The notes beneath the pieces were generated by a model. The model did not search any database. It saw nothing but the letters and a program-made list of their open reading frames with translations, and was not told the DNA's origin. The position numbers and the translations under genes were made by a program. This document shows positions 1-9,124 of a stretch of 64,000 bases of DNA, one piece after another (within the stretch, counting starts at the first letter, position 1; each line of letters begins with the position of its first letter). Origin of the DNA: an uncultured virus (IMG/VR IMGVR_UViG_3300033074_001867) (taxonomy: Duplodnaviria > Heunggongvirae > Uroviricota > Caudoviricetes); IMG/VR virus record IMGVR_UViG_3300033074_001867; one strand, 5' to 3'.

Positions 1-329
1 GCCCACGAACCTCTGCAAGACCATCCATTTGATATACGCTTTGCTAATTCAATAATAATTTGCTCTTGTCTTGTCTTTGCAAAATAATATCTCGTGTGCC
101 TTGAATTGGTGGGCAGTAATATTTCTCCGTTATTTAATTTTAGCCCGTAAGCGAATCCATCTCCTAACTTATGATTGTCTAGTATTAAATTCATCTTCTT
201 TATTTTTTAACTGTTCTTTTTTAAAATACTCATCCCATTTTTCTAGTTTCTTGTTATACCGTTTTAGTTCTCTGTAAGGATTGCAAGAGGTGAAAAGCAG
301 GAGCAGGATTAGGAGGGGTTTCATTGGGG

Positions 330-533
330 TTAGCCGATTATTTTTTCTGCAACAATTCCCGCAGGAATTAATACAATACACATTAGCATTATCGCAGCGC
401 AAAAACCTCTAGCGTCAGCATTCCATGTTTTAGGGCTTAAATCATATTGACCTAATGCAAACGCTAGGTAAACCATTAGTGCAACAAATATTCCGATTAG
501 TAATCCAAGTAGTGCAAATTTTAGTGTTTTCAT
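330..533 (-). CDS. small membrane protein, two hydrophobic helices
   Basis: ATG ORF, two TM-like segments, same strand as the left-arm cluster. Confidence 0.6.
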   Translation of the reverse strand: MKTLKFALLGLLIGIFVALMVYLAFALGQYDLSPKTWNADARGFCAAIMLMCIVLIPAGIVAEKIIG

Positions 534-556
534 TTTCCTTTGTGTTAAATGGTTTG

Positions 557-751
557 TTATTTGATTAAGGGTAGTTTTTTATAAATACTAACATACCGCT
601 CTACTATTCTTTTTATTTTTTCATCTCTCAGATTCAACTCTTTTATTTCATCATGAGGGTCAAAGCAAATCGGAAGTTCAAATCTTTCGAAGTTGTATAT
701 CAATTCATTTGTCACTTCATTAATTTCTGATTGTTCGATTATGTTTTCCAT
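557..751 (-). CDS. hypothetical protein
   Basis: ATG ORF in tightly packed minus-strand cluster. Confidence 0.55.
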   Translation of the reverse strand: MENIIEQSEINEVTNELIYNFERFELPICFDPHDEIKELNLRDEKIKRIVERYVSIYKKLPLIK

Positions 752-786
752 CTTCTGTTCTGTTTAATTGATTTAGTGGGGATTAG

Positions 787-972
787 TTAGTCTCTGTCAT
801 TATATTTTGCGCATCCTTTGCAGCAGTTGTAATCTATCTGAGTGAAGGCGTTGTATGTTGCGCCACAATTATCGCAATACATCTGTTCGCACTTTTCGCA
901 CATATAAACTTCTTTAACTGTCTTTTCGCATATTTCGCAAACTACTTGCTTTACTTCTTGAGTCGTGTCCAT
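787..972 (-). CDS. small Cys-rich zinc-finger-like protein
   Basis: four CxxC pairs (CEIC, CEKC, CDNC, CKGC). Confidence 0.6.
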   Translation of the reverse strand: MDTTQEVKQVVCEICEKTVKEVYMCEKCEQMYCDNCGATYNAFTQIDYNCCKGCAKYNDRD

Positions 973-1111
973 CTTTTTTTTTGATTAGTTACTGTTACTG
1001 TTTTAGTTCCTGCTTTAGAGGGTTGGGTGAAGGTGAGATCCAGCAGGTCCCTACGATATTATATTTTTGACTGAAACACAAAATTTAGTTACCGTAGGCG
1101 CTTGGATATCT

Positions 1112-1336
1112 TTACCGGAATCGTTGCCGGTGCTGTTCGATCTGGAGTTCAATTTCTTTTGAATTTCTGTAATATTCTGCTCTTTTTAACTGTTTTTGAA
1201 GGTTTTTGATCATTGTCTGGTATCCGATCAGGTTGGGAGTAATTGATTCTAGTTTCTTCTGCAGGTATTCTACTCTGCGTGTTCTGTCTTCAAGGATCCG
1301 CTTGTGGCGATCGATCACCGATTCTTTTTCTTTCAC
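1112..1336 (-). CDS. hypothetical coiled-coil protein
   Basis: ATGA overlap with upstream gene; charged helical sequence. Confidence 0.55.
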   Translation of the reverse strand: MKEKESVIDRHKRILEDRTRRVEYLQKKLESITPNLIGYQTMIKNLQKQLKRAEYYRNSKEIELQIEQHRQRFR

Positions 1337-1860
1337 AGATCTTCGTTAACCAATTTTTGTAGTTCTGCTTCTTTTTGGATAGTGTAAGAAGGATCCCAAA
1401 ATGCCAGCGTTTCAATTTTGAGGTCTAGTTGTTCTGAGATCAGTCCTGTCCAGTAAGCAATATCTTCGCTATCTGAAATTAGTGCTTTCATGTTACTATC
1501 AATTGCTTTGGAGGACAATTTTATCAACTCTTTGACAATCGGGTGGTCTGAAGCAAAGTCTCCTGAGAGAGCCTGTAATGCGTTTTTAAAGGCATATATC
1601 CGGTCGTAGAAATCATAGAGTTCTTGTAACTGCTTATTTATGCTGTAAACGAATTCTTTAGCTTGTGGGAGTGCTTTACCGGGGAACTGAGTATTGGTAT
1701 AGTCCTTTACATATCGTGTCTCTCCTGTGGCTGTATCTTTCACATATACGGTGATCAGATCATAGAGTGCTCCTGATTCGGTTACCGGAAGCAGAGCTTG
1801 CTTTCCTTCTACTATCCCAAGATCCTTGTAAAGTGTAAAAATGAGTTTTAGTTTTTTCAT
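1333..1860 (-). CDS. hypothetical protein
   Basis: 175-aa ORF with 4-nt overlaps to both neighbours. Confidence 0.7.
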   Translation of the reverse strand: MKKLKLIFTLYKDLGIVEGKQALLPVTESGALYDLITVYVKDTATGETRYVKDYTNTQFPGKALPQAKEFVYSINKQLQELYDFYDRIYAFKNALQALSGDFASDHPIVKELIKLSSKAIDSNMKALISDSEDIAYWTGLISEQLDLKIETLAFWDPSYTIQKEAELQKLVNEDL

Positions 1861-2072
1861 GCGAAATTCTCCTTTCCTAATATTTGGGCTATTTCCTGTT
1901 TGTCTGAATCTTGCATGAGAAGCAGTTTTTTAGCCAATTTCGTACAATCTTCATCAGCCTGATACCAGAAGTAGTCGGTAGTGAGTGATTCCCGGAGCCT
2001 GACTGCCGATCTTAGTTTTACAAGGCCGGTATAGTAGTCATCGTTTCGGGTAATGTCGGTGGCGAAGGTCAT
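1857..2072 (-). CDS. hypothetical protein
   Basis: ATG ORF coupled to the downstream gene. Confidence 0.6.
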   Translation of the reverse strand: MTFATDITRNDDYYTGLVKLRSAVRLRESLTTDYFWYQADEDCTKLAKKLLLMQDSDKQEIAQILGKENFA

Positions 2073-2123
2073 AGTGCTACCTCCTTAGACTTTTGAATGA
2101 TGTTGAATGATTCCATGATCGCT

Positions 2124-2393
2124 TCATTTAAGCAGGAATAGTAGTCTGTATGCGGACCATCTCCGAAGTCCAATGGATTTGCATCTTTCAGTCCAACCAT
2201 TATAATCCGCAGATTTATCTTCTTTTAAAAGATTAAGGGCTTTTATTAATAGGGCAATTACTTCATCTTGATTAGATCCACAACCGCAGAAGTTCAAATA
2301 GGAAAAAAGAATGTTGTCTGCATCCTGATAGGTTGTTCCATCTTTGAGATATTTATAGTTATTGTTGTCTGTTCTGAAATCTGATATTTTCAT
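2124..2393 (-). CDS. hypothetical protein with FCGCG motif, possibly truncated
   Basis: ATG ORF; atypical C-terminus and an overlapping alternative frame runs to 2069. Confidence 0.5.
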   Translation of the reverse strand: MKISDFRTDNNNYKYLKDGTTYQDADNILFSYLNFCGCGSNQDEVIALLIKALNLLKEDKSADYNGWTERCKSIGLRRWSAYRLLFLLK

Positions 2394-2416
2394 AGGTTTC
2401 TTAGTTTTTTACAGGT

Positions 2417-2971
2417 TTAATCTTTGATATGATCGTCATTCCTCACTGACATCAATCCCTCCAGTAACTCTGCCCGGTCATTTGTGATGATCAATGTTAC
2501 ATGCGGATGGTAATTGTCATTCAGGAACTTTATTACCGGATCTGTTACTTTGTGAAGTAGAAGATTATTGAATCTTAACGCCCGGTCTTCTTCTGGTGTG
2601 GGTCCCTTGTTACCAGTTACCTTGACATGAATAATGCGCTGTTCGTTTGCAGGATGATTAGCATAAAACTCTGCTGCATTTCCTTCTAATATTTGCGATG
2701 GCGGTGTTTCCTCCGAAGCGGCCCTGTTCTGACTTAAAACACTTTCCTGCATTGGATATCGTAAGTAATGGTCACTCAATGGTTGTACCATGAGCACGTT
2801 CATTGATTTATCATTTATTCCTTCGGGCCAGAATCGTATCCCTGTTCCAACTACGAATGCTGAAACTAGCGGTCCAACTCTTTCTAATTTAAGGGCTATC
2901 ACTCCCTCATACTCAAATAATCGTCCAGGTGCCAGATCGATTAACTTTACTTTTGGTTCTTTGTTTTTCAT
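2417..2971 (-). CDS. hypothetical protein
   Basis: 184-aa ATG ORF. Confidence 0.7.
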   Translation of the reverse strand: MKNKEPKVKLIDLAPGRLFEYEGVIALKLERVGPLVSAFVVGTGIRFWPEGINDKSMNVLMVQPLSDHYLRYPMQESVLSQNRAASEETPPSQILEGNAAEFYANHPANEQRIIHVKVTGNKGPTPEEDRALRFNNLLLHKVTDPVIKFLNDNYHPHVTLIITNDRAELLEGLMSVRNDDHIKD

Positions 2972-3138
2972 AATTTATCAATTTGTTTTGGGGTTCCGCT
3001 AAATCCATTCATAAAACAGGGCCGTAAAAATTCTAATCGCTTTATCAGCAGATCAATGTCATCTACACTATTAATTGTAGCATCGATCTGTAATTCATCT
3101 AGTTTGTAGCCTACGCCTAGACGCATGTTATGTGCCAT
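2968..3138 (-). CDS. hypothetical protein (start revised to ATG 3138)
   Basis: ATG lies 1 nt after the stop of the methyltransferase remnant; 4-nt overlap with the next gene. Confidence 0.55.
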   Translation of the reverse strand: MAHNMRLGVGYKLDELQIDATINSVDDIDLLIKRLEFLRPCFMNGFSGTPKQIDKL

Positions 3139-3139
3139 T

Positions 3140-3220
3140 TTAAAGAGCGACACTACTCTCAACTTCATTCCCCCAAACATCCCAGCCTTCGTACTTTTCA
3201 CGAGCAAACATTTCAAGTCT
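3140..3220 (-). pseudogene. C-terminal remnant of an MT-A70-family adenine methyltransferase
   Basis: translates RLEMFAREKYEGWDVWGNEVESSVAL*, matching the MT-A70 terminal R-x-E-L/M-FAR...GWDxWGNE motif; no N-terminal part. Confidence 0.7.
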
Positions 3221-3434
3221 TTCAAAAACAAGATAATCGATATACTGGAAAATACTTCTCTTCCAGGATTGCTCTCAGGTCATGAGATTGAGGAGATAGC
3301 TGAAGATCTTCACACTGAGATGAAGGAATCCATTGAGCAACACATTGTGGAAGATTACGTGGACATTGTTGTCCATGAGAACGTAGTCAATGAGCTCAGC
3401 GATCTAAAGCATGATATGAACGAGAATGAAAAAA

Positions 3435-3509
3435 TTCTGTGATTGCGAAGTTCTTGGCCTTGTGGCGAAGATCATCAATGGTGTGGAGCTTTATCCGGAC
3501 GGTTCTCAT
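3435..3509 (-). pseudogene. N-terminal fragment of a paralog of the 8535-9053 protein
   Basis: MRTVRIKLHTIDDLRHKAKNFAITE versus MRTVRTKVYKFNELSEKAQQVAIEK; frame stops 12 codons later. Confidence 0.5.
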
Positions 3510-3649
3510 TTGATAATTTTTTTAAGTGTTACCGGATCAATAGTATAGCTGATACCGCTGGCTATTTTGGGGAGTGGGTTTCCGTGAATCTCTTTGGCCT
3601 TTCTTACGGCTGTGGCAAGATCGTGATTGGTGGTAAAGTTTGTGTTCAT
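3506..3649 (-). CDS. 47-aa hypothetical protein (not in the ORF track)
   Basis: MNTNFTTNHDLATAVRKAKEIHG...; ATGA overlaps at both ends. Confidence 0.55.
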   Translation of the reverse strand: MNTNFTTNHDLATAVRKAKEIHGNPLPKIASGISYTIDPVTLKKIIK

Positions 3650-3861
3650 GGTTGTTGGCTTATGATTTCAATTTCTTTTAAGATCAGCATGCGATCGAGT
3701 ATGTTGTTCTGAATGCGGGTTTGTAAAAGTTGCTGGATTGGAATATCAATATTTTCAATGCCGTCTCTTACCAGTCTCATGATCTCGCAATCGTTTTTTA
3801 ACTGCTCAATGCGCTGTTTCCTGACCTCTATTTTTGGATTCTCAGTTGTTAATTGGCTCAT
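3646..3861 (-). CDS. hypothetical protein
   Basis: ATG ORF with 4-nt overlaps. Confidence 0.6.
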   Translation of the reverse strand: MSQLTTENPKIEVRKQRIEQLKNDCEIMRLVRDGIENIDIPIQQLLQTRIQNNILDRMLILKEIEIISQQP

Positions 3862-4145
3862 TTTGTTTCGTTTAAAATAAATGTATAGGGTTCTGGTACT
3901 TTTTCTTTTATGGGCACTGCTGTAATTTCATTTTCAAGTAGTTCTATTTCCACCGGATATTTGATCCCGAATCCGTAGTAAGGAAAGATAGTGTCCACCG
4001 GCTGAAAGAATAAGATCTTCCATGTTTCAAAACCCGGTAACTGAATGAACTTGCACATGATCTTCCTTCTAAACATTCGTTTTTTAACCGAAAGAATGTA
4101 TCCGTATTTGGTACAGGATATTTTAACAGCGTGAAATACCTCCAT
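3858..4145 (-). CDS. hypothetical protein
   Basis: ATG ORF in coupled cluster. Confidence 0.6.
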   Translation of the reverse strand: MEVFHAVKISCTKYGYILSVKKRMFRRKIMCKFIQLPGFETWKILFFQPVDTIFPYYGFGIKYPVEIELLENEITAVPIKEKVPEPYTFILNETK

Positions 4146-4146
4146 T

Positions 4147-4584
4147 TTACTGCTGTACGTTTCGCATTAATTTTTTCAACTTAATTTCATAGGCTGCAAT
4201 ATCTACTTTCTTCATATTGATCCGGTCATTCAGGTAAGGGCGAAGCGTGGGTTTAATATCAGATATGCAGTCAAGCAAGATCATAAGGTGTTCTTCCGAC
4301 TGTCTGAGTTTTTCCCGGATAATTGGAATAGATTGCTGGTCTATCTGCTTGCGTTTCTGTGGGCTTATCGGGAATTCAATTTTACGCAGGTCGTAAGTCC
4401 TGCCTCCTGAATTGTAGTCGAAAGTATAGCCGGCCTGCTGAACCTTAACCAGTACCCGTTCAATTGTTTTCAGGTCGTTTGAGTTTAACTCATCTTCGTG
4501 TTTCTCAAGTATCTTTCTGACTTCAAACGGAATTTGCTCCGGTGTCAGGAATAGGTCTTTTATTGGGGTTTCTGCTGTTTGCAT
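4147..4584 (-). CDS. hypothetical protein
   Basis: 145-aa ATG ORF. Confidence 0.7.
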   Translation of the reverse strand: MQTAETPIKDLFLTPEQIPFEVRKILEKHEDELNSNDLKTIERVLVKVQQAGYTFDYNSGGRTYDLRKIEFPISPQKRKQIDQQSIPIIREKLRQSEEHLMILLDCISDIKPTLRPYLNDRINMKKVDIAAYEIKLKKLMRNVQQ

Positions 4585-4612
4585 GGTGTAAATTGTTTCG
4601 TTTTTTTATTGT

Positions 4613-4828
4613 TTATAGTACTTCCCACAAAATATTAACTCCGTCTGATTCAATGATCATCTGACCTGTGGTATAGTCAACGAGTTTACGAGCTTGTTCT
4701 AAAGTGAACCAACTATCAAGGCCGGTTCCTGCGTTTAAGAATCTTTTATCGGCCTTTAGTATGCGGTATTTGTAGGGGTTTGATTTATTAAACCCCGTTT
4801 TAGGGGCTTGGGTGGCTGTTGTGTTCAT
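4613..4828 (-). CDS. hypothetical protein
   Basis: ATG ORF overlapping the upstream stop. Confidence 0.65.
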   Translation of the reverse strand: MNTTATQAPKTGFNKSNPYKYRILKADKRFLNAGTGLDSWFTLEQARKLVDYTTGQMIIESDGVNILWEVL

Positions 4829-5334
4829 CTTAAATATCTGGCTATATCATTAGAAATAGATTTTGCTTTGTATAGTGGGCAAAATTTCGAGGCTGCTTCA
4901 AACTGCTTCTGAGACAAGGGTAAAGGGTATTTTGGTTGTGGATCGTTTAGCCAGGCTTCAATTTGCTGCTGAATACTTTCCATAAAATTCCCTTTTTTGG
5001 TCTTTACCCAGCCTAAAAAGTACTGCCATGTTTCGCCTAAACCTATCAACTTGTAAAACTGTGGTTGTTGTATCTCGTCCGGATTTATGCCTGACAAGCC
5101 TACTAAGAAAGTCAATTGAATGTAGTTAGATAAAAACGTCTGTTCATCCATCCATGCCGGCATGTCAAAAGTATAAACCTTGTATTTTGCTACTGTCTGG
5201 TATATGTTGCAATCCCAAGAAACAAATTTTTCTGTTTTTTCGTTTATTTCTCCGGTAAAGTTTTCTTTGAAACATAGTGGTCCGTATGTTCCGCTATTTT
5301 CTCCGTTGGCGTGGTAAATTATTTCTCTTTTCAT
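4825..5334 (-). CDS. hypothetical protein (start revised to ATG 5334)
   Basis: the conserved hairpin/second-site element sits at its usual distance from ATG 5334, not from GTG 5364. Confidence 0.7.
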   Translation of the reverse strand: MKREIIYHANGENSGTYGPLCFKENFTGEINEKTEKFVSWDCNIYQTVAKYKVYTFDMPAWMDEQTFLSNYIQLTFLVGLSGINPDEIQQPQFYKLIGLGETWQYFLGWVKTKKGNFMESIQQQIEAWLNDPQPKYPLPLSQKQFEAASKFCPLYKAKSISNDIARYLR

Positions 5335-5340
5335 TTTGTC

Positions 5341-5371
5341 GTGGTCTGGTTTAACGTTCTGCACCTGAACG
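5341..5371 (-). promoter_or_regulatory. hairpin + second-site leader element, copy 1
   Basis: CGTTC-AGGTGCA-GAACG then AGACCAC 6 nt before ATG. Confidence 0.65.
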
Positions 5372-5388
5372 GTTTTAAGGGTTTCGTT

Positions 5389-5664
5389 TTAAATAGTTGC
5401 TTTGCTTATCGCTTGTTTTGCGTTTTCTACTGCGCTGGCAACTATGCCAAAAATTACTCCTTCATGTTCTACGCTATGAATAAACATGGCTAGTGCGTTT
5501 AAGAGGTCCGGCGCTGCTGCAATTAACTGTTGGTTGGCCTGCTTTTCTATGTCCTTTTCATCGAAGTAAGGAATTAACGCAAGTGTTTTTCCTGTTTCTG
5601 TCGGGTATATTTGGCCGTCTTTTGCATGCCAATTTCCGGGTGTATGTTGCATTTCCATTTCCAT
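5389..5664 (-). CDS. conserved small phage protein (HTPGxW...NxxLIAAAPDLL type)
   Basis: recognisable widespread phage motif. Confidence 0.75.
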   Translation of the reverse strand: MEMEMQHTPGNWHAKDGQIYPTETGKTLALIPYFDEKDIEKQANQQLIAAAPDLLNALAMFIHSVEHEGVIFGIVASAVENAKQAISKATI

Positions 5665-5670
5665 TGTATG

Positions 5671-5700
5671 TGCGTCTGTTTTATGGTCCTGCGCCTGGAC
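5671..5700 (-). promoter_or_regulatory. hairpin + second-site leader element, copy 2
   Basis: GTCC-AGGCGCA-GGAC then AGACGCA 6 nt before ATG. Confidence 0.7.
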
Positions 5701-5714
5701 GGTTTTAGAATTAG

Positions 5715-5900
5715 TTATTTAATTTTAATAAAATCAGAATCAATATCAAGGGAATTTTCTATATAAGTCCCTTTAGGTACCTCTGTTTTGTCTGAATAAA
5801 AATTGTCTGTTGCTATTTTTATAGCTTCTTCCATTGTATTGGCTTCAACTGTTACCGTAGATTGTAAACTGTAGCTAATTGGTATATCGAATTTTTTCAT
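5715..5900 (-). CDS. hypothetical protein (VEAxxxEEA motif)
   Basis: ATG ORF; common small phage protein motif. Confidence 0.65.
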   Translation of the reverse strand: MKKFDIPISYSLQSTVTVEANTMEEAIKIATDNFYSDKTEVPKGTYIENSLDIDSDFIKIK

Positions 5901-5937
5901 TGTTTTACGTTTTTTAGCTGGGTTTCGTTTGAATATT

Positions 5938-6936
5938 TTAGAGTAGTCTTCCGGCTGCTTTGATTTCTTTGATTGGGGCCTGTTTCTGAGCTATCCAGTT
6001 CAATTGATTCGGATCTGCAATAAATTCCGGGCTTTTGGCTGTACTCCACTTTATTTTTCCGAACGCTCCTTTACCATCTATTTTGGAGTAGACAAAATTT
6101 AGGTCGTTGCCGAAACGCTCTTCTTTGATCGTTACTATTATACCTTCGTGAATGGTGCCGGGTTTAAGGTGTTCGATCTTTGGCAGGTAATGAAGTGTTA
6201 ATTTCTCTTTTTGCTTTTCGTTCTCTATCCTTCTTTCTTCGTCTCGTTTCGCTTGTTCTGCGTTATTGATCTCCTGTTGAATGGCTCTTTCTCTTTCAAC
6301 GTTTAACTGTGTCTGATGCCAGTTTTCCGGGCTTATTCCTGCAAGCATGTAGCAAACATTTAAAACTTGATTTTCAGGTATGGCAAGTGGCCGGATATCC
6401 AGAACTATATCAGCTCCTCCCCACATTTTAGGCTGTAAATAAACGTGAACCGTTCCATAAATCGCCAGCGTTTTAATTCTTTCAGCCTCCTGCAAATATT
6501 CTTTTTTAAGTTGTTCGGCTGTTTCCTTTTTGATCGTTTGAGAATAGCGAAAAACTCTATCCGTACTATTTTCTAAAAAGTAATATTTCTGGCAGTTTAC
6601 CGATTTTAAATTTTTCCGGATCGTATCAATTTTTTGTCTGTCAATTGCTGAATAGTAGACCTCTAAAGAACCGTTTTGATTCTGGTGTATGTTTTTATAC
6701 CGGCCTATACTACTAGTGCTTACCTCTCCCCAATTTCCGTGAATAGTTATGCAACTTTTATAGTGATAAATTGGATATTTTTTTTTAAGGTCCTCTATCA
6801 TCTCGCAAGTGAATAGCCGGTTCTCCAGTTGTTCTACAATTTCCTGCGGTATTACTTTTGTGGATCTGTTCAATTTTTTAGGGGTTGCAAAGTTTTGATT
6901 CATTGCAATGTTCAGAAGTGTTTCTATTGATTTCAT
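5938..6936 (-). CDS. hypothetical protein
   Basis: 332-aa ATG ORF. Confidence 0.8.
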   Translation of the reverse strand: MKSIETLLNIAMNQNFATPKKLNRSTKVIPQEIVEQLENRLFTCEMIEDLKKKYPIYHYKSCITIHGNWGEVSTSSIGRYKNIHQNQNGSLEVYYSAIDRQKIDTIRKNLKSVNCQKYYFLENSTDRVFRYSQTIKKETAEQLKKEYLQEAERIKTLAIYGTVHVYLQPKMWGGADIVLDIRPLAIPENQVLNVCYMLAGISPENWHQTQLNVERERAIQQEINNAEQAKRDEERRIENEKQKEKLTLHYLPKIEHLKPGTIHEGIIVTIKEERFGNDLNFVYSKIDGKGAFGKIKWSTAKSPEFIADPNQLNWIAQKQAPIKEIKAAGRLL

Positions 6937-6943
6937 TTTTTTG

Positions 6944-6969
6944 TGCGTCTTTATATCTCTGCGCCTGAG
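6944..6969 (-). promoter_or_regulatory. hairpin + second-site leader element, copy 3
   Basis: CTC-AGGCGCA-GAG then AGACGCA 7 nt before ATG. Confidence 0.7.
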
Positions 6970-6981
6970 GTTTTAGAATTG

Positions 6982-7353
6982 TTAGTGAACTTTATTAATG
7001 ATTTCCTGAATTTTTAACAGGTCTTCAATGTCTGTTTTATCTTTCACTTCAATAAGTGTATTGCTGTTATCCGGATTCCAAAATACTTTTTCGCCTGTAT
7101 TTAAAATATTTTCAAATTGCCAAGCCTTCAAAAACCATTGGCCGGAAGTTTTAAAAATGTTTCGTTTTAGTTTTTTGGCTTTAAGAACTGTTTGAATACT
7201 AGATAGTTCATTGAAAAATATGCGTGCATGATTATTCTTGTAAAAATACTCTTCGCCTGTGTGCGCAATTTCAATTTTTACAGGAACCTCACAATTCAAT
7301 CCGGCAATTGAGACAATACCCTGTTTTATAAATATTTGGCTTTGAATTTCCAT
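6982..7353 (-). CDS. hypothetical protein (start probably ATG 7353; ORF is open to 7404)
   Basis: a 21-nt leader identical to the one before 5900 lies just upstream of ATG 7353. Confidence 0.65.
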   Translation of the reverse strand: MEIQSQIFIKQGIVSIAGLNCEVPVKIEIAHTGEEYFYKNNHARIFFNELSSIQTVLKAKKLKRNIFKTSGQWFLKAWQFENILNTGEKVFWNPDNSNTLIEVKDKTDIEDLLKIQEIINKVH

Positions 7354-7390
7354 TTGAATTTTAGTTTTTTTAGCTGGGTTTCGTTTAATT

Positions 7391-7591
7391 TTATTGATTG
7401 TCATTTATTAAAAGTGCTCCAATGGAATCGGGCGGAACTGTTCCGACAATTCTACTACCATCATATGCAGTAACACTATCAGAGTCAATTTCCAATTGAT
7501 ACTCTTTTTCGCTTAACTTATTGTTACTGAGTAGAAACGAGGAGTAAAACGAAATAAGGAATAAGACAAGGGCGGTTTTTAGGAAGTTCAT
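7391..7591 (-). CDS. small exported/membrane protein
   Basis: N-terminal hydrophobic segment. Confidence 0.6.
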   Translation of the reverse strand: MNFLKTALVLFLISFYSSFLLSNNKLSEKEYQLEIDSDSVTAYDGSRIVGTVPPDSIGALLINDNQ

Positions 7592-7599
7592 AGGATCGG

Positions 7600-8481
7600 T
7601 TATTTAATTGTGATTCCTGCAGGTAACTGTAATTTGCTTGTAATCTCTGCTATCTCTGTCTCTGTTAACTGCTCCCCGAAGTTTCTCCAGTTGAATTTAA
7701 TTTCATTGGCGTGTGTGTAAAAGATAGTATTTTCTACTGCCTTTTTACCTCCGGCCTCAAAAATCGCTAGTGTTACCGTTAACTCTAGGTCGGTTTTATC
7801 TTTCTTGCTTTGCGCTTCTGCCTTTAAATTGTCAATATAAGCCTGTTTTGCTGCTTCCTGGCGTTGCTCTTGTGCTTCTGGCGTGTAATATCCTTCACGC
7901 TGTTTCTTTGCTTCTTCTTCTAACTGCTCGGCTGTTGGTGCATGGAACTGTGATTTCTTGCTGTCATTTAAAAACTCGTTACCTGTCCATTCCTCTAATA
8001 GTGCAATTGCCTTAACTGCTTGGGCTTTCCACTGGTCCAAAATTCCTAGTTCTATGATCTTAACTGCAAATTGAGTTGAATTTAAGCAAGTATTCAGAAC
8101 ATCAAATTGTTCAGGTGTTACTCTGTAATAGTCACAAAAGGCCGTTTTGAATTCCGGTGTACCTTTTTTCTCCTTAGTGAATCCAGTTTCTAAATGATAA
8201 AAACCGTTTTCAACTGCGTACATCGGTACGCCGTCATAATCGCATAAATGAAGATCAATAAATAGCTTTAAACTTGGTTTCGCTTTCAGGATTGCATCGT
8301 GACAAGCGCCTGCAGTGATCATATTTCTATCATTATGAACTTTGCCTTTCTCCCAAAAAGTGCCTGTTATTGAAAAATCTTGGTGGCCGTTTTTGCATTC
8401 ATCATCCAGACGAATATCAATTTTGTAGTCCGCTTTAGCTGTTGAGCCTGTAAAAGTGTGTCTTAGTGAATTAGTTTTCAT
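7600..8481 (-). CDS. hypothetical phage protein
   Basis: 293-aa ATG ORF (DDECKNGHQDFSITG, LHLCDYDGVPMY). Confidence 0.8.
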   Translation of the reverse strand: MKTNSLRHTFTGSTAKADYKIDIRLDDECKNGHQDFSITGTFWEKGKVHNDRNMITAGACHDAILKAKPSLKLFIDLHLCDYDGVPMYAVENGFYHLETGFTKEKKGTPEFKTAFCDYYRVTPEQFDVLNTCLNSTQFAVKIIELGILDQWKAQAVKAIALLEEWTGNEFLNDSKKSQFHAPTAEQLEEEAKKQREGYYTPEAQEQRQEAAKQAYIDNLKAEAQSKKDKTDLELTVTLAIFEAGGKKAVENTIFYTHANEIKFNWRNFGEQLTETEIAEITSKLQLPAGITIK

Positions 8482-8487
8482 TTTGTT

Positions 8488-8511
8488 TCCGTCTTTATCG
8501 CTGCGGCTGCG
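8488..8511 (-). promoter_or_regulatory. hairpin + second-site leader element, copy 4
   Basis: CGC-AGCCGCA-GCG then AGACGGA 6 nt before ATG. Confidence 0.65.
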
Positions 8512-8534
8512 TTTTTTTAGTGATTATTTATGAA

Positions 8535-9053
8535 TTAAAATTGTTTTCCTTCTGCTGTAAATTCGTATTCGTTGGCTATAATCGTCTCTTTTATGCCTTC
8601 TTCGCTTGTCAAGTATTCGTATTCGTCTCTTAATATTTTAAGATAATCGCCCGAAATTGATTCTTTAAATTCGTTGTCAAGGTCTGCTAAATTGCAATCA
8701 AGATCGTTTTCATCTTCAAAATCTCCGTTTTCATCTCTTGGGGCTGTATCAATTAACTCGTCCCGCTGCTTTAGGTAATTTTCTGCTGTCTTGTACGTTT
8801 CGCATGTTTCCCCGTGGCTATCTATTATCAGGTGTGCGGCTGCCTCTGCTGATTCTGAAAAACCGATTTCACAATAGTTTCCCCTGTCTATATCAAAACT
8901 TGATATTATGATACCGGCCCGCTTTGCGTCCTCTTGTATAAATTCCCACCACTGATAATCTACATTTATATCACAATTTTTTTCAATGGCTACTTGTTGA
9001 GCTTTTTCGCTTAACTCGTTAAATTTGTAAACTTTAGTTCTAACTGTTCTCAT
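8535..9053 (-). CDS. acidic hypothetical phage protein
   Basis: 172-aa Asp/Glu-rich ORF ending EYEYLTSEE...ANEYEFTAEG. Confidence 0.8.
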   Translation of the reverse strand: MRTVRTKVYKFNELSEKAQQVAIEKNCDINVDYQWWEFIQEDAKRAGIIISSFDIDRGNYCEIGFSESAEAAAHLIIDSHGETCETYKTAENYLKQRDELIDTAPRDENGDFEDENDLDCNLADLDNEFKESISGDYLKILRDEYEYLTSEEGIKETIIANEYEFTAEGKQF

Positions 9054-9058
9054 TTTTC

Positions 9059-9091
9059 TCCGTCTGTTTTGGTTATGGTAGCGGCTCCCAT
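9059..9091 (-). promoter_or_regulatory. hairpin + second-site leader element, copy 5
   Basis: ATGG-G-AGCCGCT-A-CCAT then AGACGGA 5 nt before ATG. Confidence 0.55.
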
Positions 9092-9124
9092 TGGTTATAA
9101 GGTTAAATAAATGAATGTTAGTTG

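Noticed and set aside
3125..3712. Plus-strand ORFs 3125-3442 and 3443-3712 as intact genes
   Set aside because: No plausible start context; only 3221-3434 looks coding (inverted fragment), the rest overlaps minus-strand genes
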